Shown in pieces: positions 19,231 to 28,133 of a stretch of DNA of 46,346 bases. Within the stretch, counting starts at the first letter, position 1. The number at the start of each line of letters is the position of its first letter. A model generated the notes under the pieces. The model did no database searches and had not been told where the DNA came from. It worked only from the letters and a program-made list of their open reading frames with translations. Origin of the DNA: Verrucomicrobiota bacterium (GTDB lineage Bacteria; Verrucomicrobiota; Verrucomicrobiia; Opitutales; Seribacteraceae); NCBI GenBank assembly GCA_027622665.1, contig JAQBYT010000034.1:1-46346 (forward strand), given 5' to 3'. A program made the position numbers and the translations under genes.

Positions 19231-20529
19231 GTGAAACTCAAGCAGGTTGTCGTTTGGGGCATACCGCCTTTCCTTCTTCTGATTGCCCTTTTGACCTTGT
19301 GGAACAATCCTGTGACGCGAGCGTATTTCGAAGGCGATTACTGGAGGGCGGTAGGCAAGTTCGGGGAATCCCTGAGGCTTGCTCATGCTCGCTACGTGGA
19401 TGATGAAAAGGCCGAGTACGATATTCTAGTCGATACTGCCTTAGACGGAATGACCTCGGCGCTTGATCGGCATTCGAGCTATTACCCGCCACCACGTTAC
19501 GAAGAATTTCAGAATGATACCAAGCTACAATATTTTGGAATTGGCGTTGTTATCCGGAAGGTTGAGGAAGGCATATTGATTGCTCGCGTTTTTCCAAGCG
19601 GCCCGGCGGAGGTGGCCGGCGTACGCCCGGGAGATTTTGTGGCCAAGGTCGAACAAACTGCCGTCACGAATCTTACTCTTTCCCAGGTCAGCGACTTAAT
19701 AAAAGGAGAGGAAGGTACTACAGTCCTAGTTGGTTTGCGTGATATGGTTGGCGACGCACGTGAGGTGAACGTGACTCGTGGGCGAATTCAAATGTCCAGT
19801 GTAGATGACGTCCGCGTCGACTCCAACGGTACGGGGTACTTGCGCCTTGAGCAGTTCACTGCTCGTTCGGGAGCTGAACTGCGTGCCGCGCTTGCCGACT
19901 TGGAGGAAGATGGCGTGAAGCGTCTGATTCTAGACTTGCGGGACAACTCGGGGGGGCTGCTTTCAGCTGCCGTGGAGGTGGCGAGTGAATTTTTAGAGAA
20001 AGGCAAGCTCGTGGTCTCGATTAAAGGACGAAACAATTATCCCGAGAGGAGTTATCATTCCAAACCCAAAGGTCCATCGCGATCTTACCCATTGGTCATC
20101 CTTATTAACGAAGGCAGTGCCAGTGCCTCCGAAATTGTTGCTGGAGCACTGGGCGTATCCGGTCGAGCGAAGTTGGTGGGGGAAAAGTCCTACGGGAAGG
20201 GTTCCGTACAAACGGTCTTCGGGCTAGAGGATGAATCGGGTCTGCGTTTAACTACAGCGATGTACTATCTTCCCGATGGTTCTACTATACACGAAAGTGG
20301 CATCATCCCTCACGTGACCGTTCCTTGCGACGAGGAAATGGAGGGCAAACTCCGTATCCAGCGTTTTCAGGATGCATTTTCCGATCCCGAAGGTTTTGAG
20401 AAGCTTTTTGGCTTTGCCCCGGTTCGCGACAAACAATTCCAGATCGGCCTGAGCTTGTTTTCCGGTAAAACGCTTACAGAGATACAAGCTCAGGTTGAGG
20501 CTGAGGAAGCACTTGAGAGGAACCCGTGA
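19231..20529 (+). CDS. ctpA: Carboxyl-terminal processing protease, S41A family
   Basis: TM anchor, PDZ (GIGVVI), DLRDNSGG, SASASEIVAGAL, GKGSVQ; GTG 19231 chosen to avoid overlap with the divergent gene. Confidence 0.92.
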   Translation: MKLKQVVVWGIPPFLLLIALLTLWNNPVTRAYFEGDYWRAVGKFGESLRLAHARYVDDEKAEYDILVDTALDGMTSALDRHSSYYPPPRYEEFQNDTKLQYFGIGVVIRKVEEGILIARVFPSGPAEVAGVRPGDFVAKVEQTAVTNLTLSQVSDLIKGEEGTTVLVGLRDMVGDAREVNVTRGRIQMSSVDDVRVDSNGTGYLRLEQFTARSGAELRAALADLEEDGVKRLILDLRDNSGGLLSAAVEVASEFLEKGKLVVSIKGRNNYPERSYHSKPKGPSRSYPLVILINEGSASASEIVAGALGVSGRAKLVGEKSYGKGSVQTVFGLEDESGLRLTTAMYYLPDGSTIHESGIIPHVTVPCDEEMEGKLRIQRFQDAFSDPEGFEKLFGFAPVRDKQFQIGLSLFSGKTLTEIQAQVEAEEALERNP

Positions 20530-21545
20530 TTCTAGGAATCGAGAGTTCTTGCGACGAATCCGCACTAGCCCTCTTTTCGTCCAATCGAGGAATTGTCGGC
20601 GAGTGGGTGAACAGCCAGATAGCGACGCATGTAGAGTATGGTGGCGTCGTGCCCGACATTGCCGTCCGCGAGCACCTTTCCAACTTTTTCGTTCTGCTGG
20701 ACGAGGCGGAAAAAGGCGAACGCCTTAGAAACAGTGTGACTCGGATCGCCGTAACTTGTGGTCCGGGTTTGGCCGGTTGTCTCGCGGTAGGCCTTTCATT
20801 GGCCAAGACCCTCGGACTGCTCTGGGGTGTTCCAGTCATTGGCGTCAATCATTTGCGTGGACACGCCTTCTCACCCTTCCTCCCGCTTTTTCAGGAGCAC
20901 GAGGACATCTTTGCCACTCACCTTCCCCACCTCGGTCTACTCGTTTCCGGTGGCAACACCATTCTCTTTCGTCTCGATGAAGGTCAATCCATCGAAATTC
21001 TAGCTGAAACCGTCGACGATGCCGTAGGCGAGGCACTCGACAAAGGAGGAAAACTTTTGGGTATCCCTTATCCCGGAGGCCCAATTCTCGAGCAGCATGC
21101 AATTGGTGGAGACCCTCGAGCATTCGATTTTCCACGATCTTTTTCCGCTCGCAGCGAGATGCGTTTTAGTTTCTCCGGTCTCAAAACCAGCCTATTGTAT
21201 ACTCTTGAGAAGCTCACTGACGAACAAATTAGGGCACGCTATGCTGACCTTTGCGCGTCCTACCAAAGTGCGGCGATTGACCAATTGGTGACAAAAACCA
21301 AGCACGCTTTGGAATCGAGTGAATTTTCCAGCCTCGGCCTTTCCGGCGGGGTTGCTAATAATAAGACTCTTCATTCTCGTTTGGCTGAATTAGCCACTGC
21401 TCGAGGCGTACGATTTATAGCTCCCGATCCCTGCCACACCGGTGACAATGCAGCGATGATTGCCTTTGCCGCCCATATCGATCTGGAGTGTGTTGCGGGA
21501 GATTCTGCAGCACTTACTTTTCAGCCTTCTCTTCGACTAACTTGA
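20526..21545 (+). CDS. tsaD: tRNA N6-adenosine threonylcarbamoyltransferase TsaD
   Basis: ILGIESSCDE, GGVVPD, GPGL, NHLRGH, VSGG, DDAVGEALDK, FSFSGLKT, DNAAMIA. Confidence 0.96.
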   Translation: MILGIESSCDESALALFSSNRGIVGEWVNSQIATHVEYGGVVPDIAVREHLSNFFVLLDEAEKGERLRNSVTRIAVTCGPGLAGCLAVGLSLAKTLGLLWGVPVIGVNHLRGHAFSPFLPLFQEHEDIFATHLPHLGLLVSGGNTILFRLDEGQSIEILAETVDDAVGEALDKGGKLLGIPYPGGPILEQHAIGGDPRAFDFPRSFSARSEMRFSFSGLKTSLLYTLEKLTDEQIRARYADLCASYQSAAIDQLVTKTKHALESSEFSSLGLSGGVANNKTLHSRLAELATARGVRFIAPDPCHTGDNAAMIAFAAHIDLECVAGDSAALTFQPSLRLT

Positions 21546-21677
21546 TTTCATTCTTCACCCTGTTCACTACCGACATTATCAATTCGCTTGGGCTTCCGAA
21601 CAAACACCTAAAGTCGCTCGTTCTTGCCTTATTCCTCCAATCCTTGCATATTTTCTCTTTTTCCTAAATAAACACCC

Positions 21678-23387
21678 ATGATTTCCGACTCCGAAGTACC
21701 CAAGAAGCTTTCAAAAAATGAAAGTATAAAGGAAAACAGCGATTTTCTCCGAGGCACCATCCTCGAAGGTCTAGCCGATGATTCAACCGGTGCAATCTCC
21801 GCCGATGATTCCCAACTCACCAAGTTTCACGGTACTTACTTGCAGGACGACCGGGATCTCCGTTCCGAGCGGATCAAGCAAAAGCTGGGAAAAGCCTTCT
21901 CCTTCATGATTCGTATCCGTGTGCCCGGAGGTGTTTGCACGCCATCGCAGTGGCTCGACGTCGATCGACTCTCCGATGAATTTGCCGATGGAACTCTGAA
22001 GCTCACTACACGACAAGCATTCCAGTTGCACGGCGTGCTCAAGAGTGACCTCAAGCAAACGATTAAGGAGATAAACGATACCCTGCTTGATACACTCGCA
22101 GCTTGTGGCGACGTAAATCGCAACGTGATGTGCACGCCTACTCCTTTCGAATCTAAAGCACATGCCGAAACCTTGAAACTCTCCAAGGCCATTAGCGAAC
22201 ATCTTTCACCTCAGACGACTTCCTATGCTGAAATCTGGCTTGATGGTGAACGCAAGGTTATTAACCAAGGCGAGGAAGTGGAACCCATCTACGGCAAGAC
22301 CTATCTTCCCCGGAAATTCAAAATTGCCGTCGCTGTTCCTCCGCGCAACGACGTTGATGTGTTTTCAAACGATTTGGGCTTCGTTGCGATTGTCGAGGAT
22401 GGAGAGATTGTAGGTTACAACGTACTTGTCGGTGGTGGTCTCGGAATGACTCACGGGAAGGATGCCACATACCCTCGAATTGCCGATGCCATTGGTTTTT
22501 GCACTCCCGACCAAGTGCTTCAATTGGCCGAGGAAATCGTGAAAATCCAGCGCGACTATGGCGATCGTTCCGATCGTCGCCACGCTCGACTCAAGTACAC
22601 CATTGAAGATAGAGGGATCGAATGGTTTCAGGAAGAATTGAACCACCGTCTGGGTCGGGTGCTCGAGCCTTCACGGGAAGTCTCTTTTGATGCCACGACC
22701 GATCGATACGGTTGGACCCAAGACCATGAAGGTAAATGGCATTGCTGCCTTTTCGTCGAGGGTGGACGTCTACGAGATGCCGACGGAGTGAACGCCAAAT
22801 CCGCAATCCGTGAGATTGCCAAGATCCACAGTGGTGATTTTCGATTGTCTCCCAACCAAAACCTAATCGTGGCGCGGGTGGATGATGAAAATAAGGCGGA
22901 AGTGGAAGCCATTCTGGCCGATCATGGACTGTCCGATCCGGCCAAACTGTCGGGGCTTAGGCTCAACTCCATTGCATGCACTGCTCTGCCCACCTGCGGT
23001 CTCGCATTGGCCGAGGGCGAGCGTTACCTCCCAAGCCTTGTCGACGAACTCGAAAAGGTTATTGACGAGTTGGGTATTCGTGAGGAATCCATCGCCATAC
23101 GTGCTACAGGTTGTCCAAATGGTTGCGGTCGACCTTACCTTGGGGAAATCGGTCTTGTCGGCAAGTCACCCGGCAAATACAATGTTTATCTTGGAGCAGG
23201 TTTTGACGGAGGTCGTCTCAACAAACTTTACAAACCGGCCTTGACCAATGACGAAATCATCGAAGAGCTTACCGCCGTTCTGAGACGCTATTCTGCCGAA
23301 CGCGAGTCAGGCGAACGCTTTGGTGACTTTTGCATCAGGGCGGGGTACGTGAAGGCGACCGTTCAAGGTCCGGACTTCCATAACTGA
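21678..23387 (+). CDS. cysI: Sulfite reductase hemoprotein beta subunit
   Basis: KFHGTYLQDDRD, TTRQAFQLHG, ACGDVNRN, YLPRKFK, CTALPTC...TGCPNGC siroheme/4Fe-4S ligands. Confidence 0.95.
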   Translation: MISDSEVPKKLSKNESIKENSDFLRGTILEGLADDSTGAISADDSQLTKFHGTYLQDDRDLRSERIKQKLGKAFSFMIRIRVPGGVCTPSQWLDVDRLSDEFADGTLKLTTRQAFQLHGVLKSDLKQTIKEINDTLLDTLAACGDVNRNVMCTPTPFESKAHAETLKLSKAISEHLSPQTTSYAEIWLDGERKVINQGEEVEPIYGKTYLPRKFKIAVAVPPRNDVDVFSNDLGFVAIVEDGEIVGYNVLVGGGLGMTHGKDATYPRIADAIGFCTPDQVLQLAEEIVKIQRDYGDRSDRRHARLKYTIEDRGIEWFQEELNHRLGRVLEPSREVSFDATTDRYGWTQDHEGKWHCCLFVEGGRLRDADGVNAKSAIREIAKIHSGDFRLSPNQNLIVARVDDENKAEVEAILADHGLSDPAKLSGLRLNSIACTALPTCGLALAEGERYLPSLVDELEKVIDELGIREESIAIRATGCPNGCGRPYLGEIGLVGKSPGKYNVYLGAGFDGGRLNKLYKPALTNDEIIEELTAVLRRYSAERESGERFGDFCIRAGYVKATVQGPDFHN

Positions 23388-23419
23388 AATTCTGCATAGT
23401 TGCAGAAAGGTAACTTGAA

Positions 23420-24007
23420 GTGAGCAGAAAACGTGGAGGTGGAAAGCATGTTGCTCGCCGAACTCATGCCGACCTGCATTCCGTAATTTCGACCCTGGAT
23501 GAGGATGACGCGTTGGAGTTGGTGGAGAAGCTGGGGGATGATGCTTTCCTTTTGATTCTGGATCAGGTTCAGGACCCTCGCAATCTAGGCGCTTGTTTAC
23601 GTTCCGCCGAATGCGCGGGGGTAGATCTTGTCGCGATTCCTTCCGGGCGTTCCGTCGGTATTACCGAGGTCGTCCGTCACGTAGCTGCTGGAGCTGCCGA
23701 ATCGCTCCCCATTGCCCGTCTACGAAACCTTTCTCGTTTTCTGCGAGCTTTGACGGAACTTGGGATTCGTTTGGTCGGAACTTCTGATCAAGCCCGGTCT
23801 ACCCTTTTCGACCTAGACTTGAAGGGACCTCTCGCTCTTGTTGTTGGAGCGGAAGGTGGCGGGATACGAAGGCTTACCGCTGACTGTTGTGACGACCTAG
23901 CCAATATTCCCATGCAGGGGAGTGTGGATTGCTTGAATGTTTCCGTCGCGACGGGCGTGTGTCTTTTTGAAGCCGTTCGCCAACGGAGTGTGCCGGGTTC
24001 GAATTGA
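23420..24007 (+). CDS. rlmB: 23S rRNA Gm2251 2'-O-methyltransferase RlmB-like (SpoU/TrmH family), short N-terminus
   Basis: LDQVQDPRNLGACLRSA, VGAEGGG, IPMQGSVDCLNVSVATG. Confidence 0.85.
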   Translation: MSRKRGGGKHVARRTHADLHSVISTLDEDDALELVEKLGDDAFLLILDQVQDPRNLGACLRSAECAGVDLVAIPSGRSVGITEVVRHVAAGAAESLPIARLRNLSRFLRALTELGIRLVGTSDQARSTLFDLDLKGPLALVVGAEGGGIRRLTADCCDDLANIPMQGSVDCLNVSVATGVCLFEAVRQRSVPGSN

Positions 24008-24023
24008 CGGCGGCAGTTTTTTT

Positions 24024-24656
24024 TCAAGAGGAGGTCGCTTCCGCCGATGCTATTTCTTCCGTTTTGTCGCCTTGTGCTTGCTTGGCCAATGCCCACTCGC
24101 AAACAGTGGCGAAAGCCCCGGTGAAAAGTAAGTCGCTCAGCAATGAATTGCGGAGAAACAAGTATGCAGGCGGATACCCTGGTTCACCTAGGGTCAAAGC
24201 CTGCCAAAGACCTACGATGGATTTGGGGTAAACGGGGTTGTAGAGCCAGGCGCAAGAGCAAGTGACGGCGTAAAAGAGAAGGGAGCATCCCGCAACTCCT
24301 CCCAACAAAGTCGTCCATGATTTGCGTTTGGCAATATAAGTGCCTGCGAAAACGGCCAAACCGTACGAGGCGTAAGTCGCGAGCATGAAGGGTGCGAAGA
24401 GACTTTCCCCGTAGGTGGAATTCAGGGCAAGGTCCGATCCGATAACGGCAACGGCGGGAATCAACCAACCGATGGACCCTCGCAAGTAAACTGCTCCGCA
24501 AAAGAACAATGCCAATACGGGCGAGAAATTGTGCAAGACAGAGTTTTCAATAGGCAGATATCTTGACCAACCGATAGCTAGAATAACGGTTGCCGCACCA
24601 AGGTAAAAGGCTAACCCCTTATGTGGTCGGCTGTGTGTGGAAGTCTCGAGTTTCAT
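24024..24656 (-). CDS. DUF6580-like membrane protein (putative transport component)
   Basis: Several TM helices; NFSPVLALFFCG, SDLALN, SLLFYAVT, FLRNSLLSDLLF. Confidence 0.75.
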   Translation of the reverse strand: MKLETSTHSRPHKGLAFYLGAATVILAIGWSRYLPIENSVLHNFSPVLALFFCGAVYLRGSIGWLIPAVAVIGSDLALNSTYGESLFAPFMLATYASYGLAVFAGTYIAKRKSWTTLLGGVAGCSLLFYAVTCSCAWLYNPVYPKSIVGLWQALTLGEPGYPPAYLFLRNSLLSDLLFTGAFATVCEWALAKQAQGDKTEEIASAEATSS

Positions 24657-24697
24657 ATAACTTTCATTCTGCAGAAAACTAAGGGATGTCGCAACCT

Positions 24698-25189
24698 TTA
24701 CTCTTCCGTAGTTGTTGTTCTGAGTAATTTCATAAGACGGTCGACAAAGGGTCTTTGCTCTTCCTTTAATTTTCGTTTTGCGTCTTCAGGAGAAAGCATT
24801 TCGGCCCTGTCGATTTCGGGAAAGGTCCACATGTGGCCGGTACCTTTCGGGTATTCAAGGGAGATTACATTGCATTTAGGGATGCTCCCGTCTTTCCAGT
24901 TTCCCTCAAAGGCCCAAGCATACACTTGCTTACCATTCTTTTGCTGAATTGAGCCCAGATTAATAAATGGCCCTTCGGCTTCTTTTCCCGTTTCTTCCCG
25001 AAACTCGCGGAGTGCGGCGGCGAAGATTTCTTCGTTTTCCTCGGGTTCCCCCTTCGGTATGCTCCACCACCCCTCATCACGTCTTTGAAAGAACGGTCCA
25101 CCGGGATGGGCTACGAGCATCCGAGGAGCGTCATCTTCTTCGTTGGAACGATTAAATAGGAGGAGACCCCCGCTGACTTTGTTGGCCAA
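24698..25189 (-). CDS. NUDIX hydrolase
   Basis: HPGGPFF...WSIPKGE...AALREFREETG Nudix box; FPEIDRA. Confidence 0.9.
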   Translation of the reverse strand: MANKVSGGLLLFNRSNEEDDAPRMLVAHPGGPFFQRRDEGWWSIPKGEPEENEEIFAAALREFREETGKEAEGPFINLGSIQQKNGKQVYAWAFEGNWKDGSIPKCNVISLEYPKGTGHMWTFPEIDRAEMLSPEDAKRKLKEEQRPFVDRLMKLLRTTTTEE

Positions 25190-25208
25190 GTGAAAACAAT
25201 GGTTCGCG

Positions 25209-25799
25209 TTAGTCGAAAAGTGGGCGTTCCTTCCGCAGAATCACTAAATCCCAATCCTCATTTTGAAAGCGCCGAGCCTTTGGGCGAAATGCTATTTGTC
25301 GAAAGCCTAGCGCCTTGTAGCAACGGATTGCAGGTGTATTGAAGTGAAAGGCGTTGAGTGTAAGGTGAGTGTAACTGAGTTCATCGAATGCGATGCGCAA
25401 AAGTTTCGAGCAAAATGATCGGCCGTAAGCTTGCCCTCGGAGTTTAGGCTCGACGATTACTCGGCAAATGATTCCTTCACCGCCTTTTACTCCGACTAAT
25501 TCGCCGTAGGCTACGAAATTTCCATATTGAGAAATTCCTGCGAATGGGTGCAGGTTTCCGCGATTCAAGTGTGTGATGAAGGTTTTGGGGGTAGGGGAGC
25601 CTTTAAAGGTGTTCCCGGACCATAATTTCAGTTCCCGTTCGGAGTCTGTCCAAGTGAGGAGTCGGGAGACTTTACTCAACGTGAATGGTTTAACGTTCAA
25701 CTCCGGCAATACACTCTTTTGGGAATGTGGTTTAACTTGACCACTTAAACGACTTTCTTGTCGAAAGGCCGAATTATTCCCCTTGTTTGCTTGGAGCAT
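25209..25799 (-). CDS. GNAT family N-acetyltransferase (true start may be downstream)
   Basis: VIVEPKLRGQAYG motif A; NTPAIRCYKALGF motif B. Confidence 0.8.
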   Translation of the reverse strand: MLQANKGNNSAFRQESRLSGQVKPHSQKSVLPELNVKPFTLSKVSRLLTWTDSERELKLWSGNTFKGSPTPKTFITHLNRGNLHPFAGISQYGNFVAYGELVGVKGGEGIICRVIVEPKLRGQAYGRSFCSKLLRIAFDELSYTHLTLNAFHFNTPAIRCYKALGFRQIAFRPKARRFQNEDWDLVILRKERPLFD

Positions 25800-25821
25800 T
25801 TCTCAATGTCTTGCTAAATGG

Positions 25822-26607
25822 TTAGGGGTTGCGGAGAGACTTGCTTCGAGCTCGCAGCATTTCAGGGGGCTTCGGTCGCAGACGAGAAATAGGGTTTAGG
25901 TTTGGCGGGTACCTGCCTTTGGTCTGACTGAAGATCGATTTGGCTTTTTCGTCGAACGTCCCGGCCTTTTCGAAATTGTCCTTGTTGAGGTATACAAGCG
26001 CTAGTCCCGCATAGCATGCACCGACGTCGGTGTGGTTTTCACCAAAACGTTTTTTTCTACTAGCCAAGGCTTTTTCGAGCAGATCAATCGCCTCGTCTCT
26101 TTCCCCCATGGCTTCTTTAACCAGAGCCATGCCTTCCTGACAGTCAGCGACATCGGGATGCGCTTCTCCGAAAGTTCGCAATTTCACCTGCAACGCTTGC
26201 TCGTAGAGTTCCGAGGCTTCGTCATATTTGCTTTCGGCATCAAGTACACAGGCGAGGCTGCATCGGATGGTGGCGACGTCGGGATGGTGAGGTCCTTTGG
26301 TCAGAATTATTTTCAAGGCGGACTCAAAAGCATCTTTTGCCTTTTGGTTTTCTCCTGAAAAATAATGAGCCACGCCCATATTGTTGTAGACTACGCCAAT
26401 ATCTTGGTGGCGATTTCCCTGAATAGGGAGCCTGTTGGCGAGTATGTATTGGTAACCCTTCAATGCGGTTTCGTAGTCGCCCGTCTTGCATCGGTTGTCG
26501 GCTTTGCGTTGTATGACGGCCAATTCGTAAAGGCCTATGCGATTTTGACCAGAGACTGAGAGTGCAGATGTGAAAACAAGGATGGAGGCGATGATTTCCG
26601 TGTTCAT
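25822..26607 (-). CDS. Tetratricopeptide repeat protein (kinesin light chain-like repeats), signal peptide
   Basis: Repeated about 42-aa units with HQDIG, HPDVA, HPDVA, HTDVG. Confidence 0.88.
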   Translation of the reverse strand: MNTEIIASILVFTSALSVSGQNRIGLYELAVIQRKADNRCKTGDYETALKGYQYILANRLPIQGNRHQDIGVVYNNMGVAHYFSGENQKAKDAFESALKIILTKGPHHPDVATIRCSLACVLDAESKYDEASELYEQALQVKLRTFGEAHPDVADCQEGMALVKEAMGERDEAIDLLEKALASRKKRFGENHTDVGACYAGLALVYLNKDNFEKAGTFDEKAKSIFSQTKGRYPPNLNPISRLRPKPPEMLRARSKSLRNP

Positions 26608-26836
26608 GAGGGCAATGGAGTTTTTCTATATTCAAGTACAGTGGCAATCTGTCTGCTGAGATGATCAAGCTCCACCAAAGGCTGTTCGCTTAAGATAGTC
26701 AAGACCCTCGCCTTTTGTATGGTGTCTTTTCGGAAAATTCCCTTTCTGACGAAATAACTTTGCCAAGAGGAGAATCTTCGTTTTGTTCAATCATACATTC
26801 TGGCGACAAGCAATCAACCAAGGAGAAGAATTAGAC

Positions 26837-27139
26837 ATGACAAAATCCAACAGGACACTTATTGGAATTATTTTAATGCTTTCCGCAGCTCTCTTCGTGG
26901 GGGCAATTTGGGATAAGACCGAGGCCAAGCTGAAGGTTATCAAGGCAGGAGTGGATGAAAAAGGACATCCGATATGCGTGAATAAAAGCCAAGTTTATCT
27001 TTTTAAGAAAAACGAAGCGGAGAAAACCATCACTTTCTTTTACCACGATCCTGTCTCGGATGATGCTTCCGTAAAGAAGTCTTTCTCCGATGCCGACAAC
27101 TTGAACAAGTACTGGGACGAACTGCTCAAGAGCTGGTAG
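26837..27139 (+). CDS. Small membrane-anchored hypothetical protein
   Basis: AGGAG at 26821-26825 before ATG 26837; N-terminal hydrophobic helix; 100 aa. Confidence 0.7.
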   Translation: MTKSNRTLIGIILMLSAALFVGAIWDKTEAKLKVIKAGVDEKGHPICVNKSQVYLFKKNEAEKTITFFYHDPVSDDASVKKSFSDADNLNKYWDELLKSW

Positions 27140-27154
27140 CTAGCCTTTCGCCAG

Positions 27155-27779
27155 CTAGTCGGGTTTCCCCTTTTGTGTTTGGGGTTCCCCCGTCATCGGA
27201 ACAAAGGCGACGAGCAGAGAGTTTTCTTGTTCGTGGCCATTTGTCGTGCGACGAATAATCACTAGACGTTGCCTCGTCTAGCCCACGGGAATGATCATGC
27301 ACCCCCCCGACTTTCAACTGATTCAATAATGATTCAGGCACTGCTGGCGAGGCAGTTGTAACGATAATGGCGTCAAAGGGGCTCTTCTCGTTCCACCCCT
27401 CGTGACCGTTGCCAATTCGGACGTTGGCGTTATCGTAACCCAAGTCCCTCAACAGTGTCTAGGTGCGTTCTCTGAGTTCTTGGACGATCTCGATGTTGTA
27501 CACCTCGCGAACCAATTCAGCAAGGATCGCGGTTTGGTAACCGGAACCGGTGGCAACCTCCAAGACGCGATCCCCATGCTGAAAGTTTAATGCCTCCGAC
27601 ATGAAAGCAACGACGTTAGGCTGTGAAATGGTTTGTCCGAAGCATATTGAGATGGCGTGATCATCGTAAGATTTGCGACGGCTATTTTCCGGTATGAATA
27701 GATGGCGCGGTACCTTTCGCATGGCACTCAACACCCGTTCGTCGTTGAAACCTCGCTCAACGAGTTGTCGCTTTACCAT
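27155..27779 (-). pseudogene. pcm: Protein-L-isoaspartate O-methyltransferase, disrupted
   Basis: VPRHLF, GQTISQP, VLEVATGSGYQTAILAEL, PFDAIIVT, MIIPVG, FVPMTG; in-frame TAG at 27459-27461, frameshift at the 7-C run 27302-27308, second TAG at 27278-27280. Confidence 0.9.
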
Positions 27780-27877
27780 TATTCACGATCATCGAAATGT
27801 GTGCTGTAATTACTTTCCACGGATGGTGTGGAAAAGTGGTTTGCCCAACTGGCCGAAACCTTTTGATCACTGCGATG

Positions 27878-27951
27878 TGGTGCGGGCACCCGGGATCGAA
27901 CCGGGGACACCAGCTTGGAAGGCTGGGGTTTTACCGCTAAACTATGCCCGC
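27878..27951 (-). tRNA. tRNA-Gly (TCC)
   Basis: GCGGGCA acceptor stem, CCAGC-CTTCCAA-GCTGG anticodon arm, GGTTCGATCCC T-arm, encoded CCA. Confidence 0.97.
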
Positions 27952-28133
27952 GTTTGAGAAGCTACGACCTTTTAATGGGTTGACTGTGTGGGTCAAGGTG
28001 AATTGATTTCTCAATGAGTGGATTGAACGCTTCGACGGTGTGGGTAGTCGTATGATTTGCCTGCTTGGTCTTGGTGTGAATCTTGGCGGATGCGGGTTCG
28101 CTAGAGTGGAAAACATACAATGGGGGTGGAGTG

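Noticed and set aside
24657..24697. Riboswitch upstream of the DUF6580-like gene
   Set aside because: Only 41 bp of intergenic space and no recognisable aptamer motif
27155..27779. Amber recoding or phase variation of pcm
   Set aside because: TAG is a normal stop elsewhere (e.g. 7010, 7754, 8281), no pyl genes are seen, and fixing the homopolymer alone would not restore the gene
27812..27837. TTTCCAC/GTGGAAA hairpin, also resembling a DnaA box
   Set aside because: No U-tract for a terminator; one consensus box without an AT-rich unwinding region or dnaA does not indicate an origin
24698..27951. Integrative element at tRNA-Gly
   Set aside because: No integrase, and I found no duplicated tRNA 3' end in the window by eye
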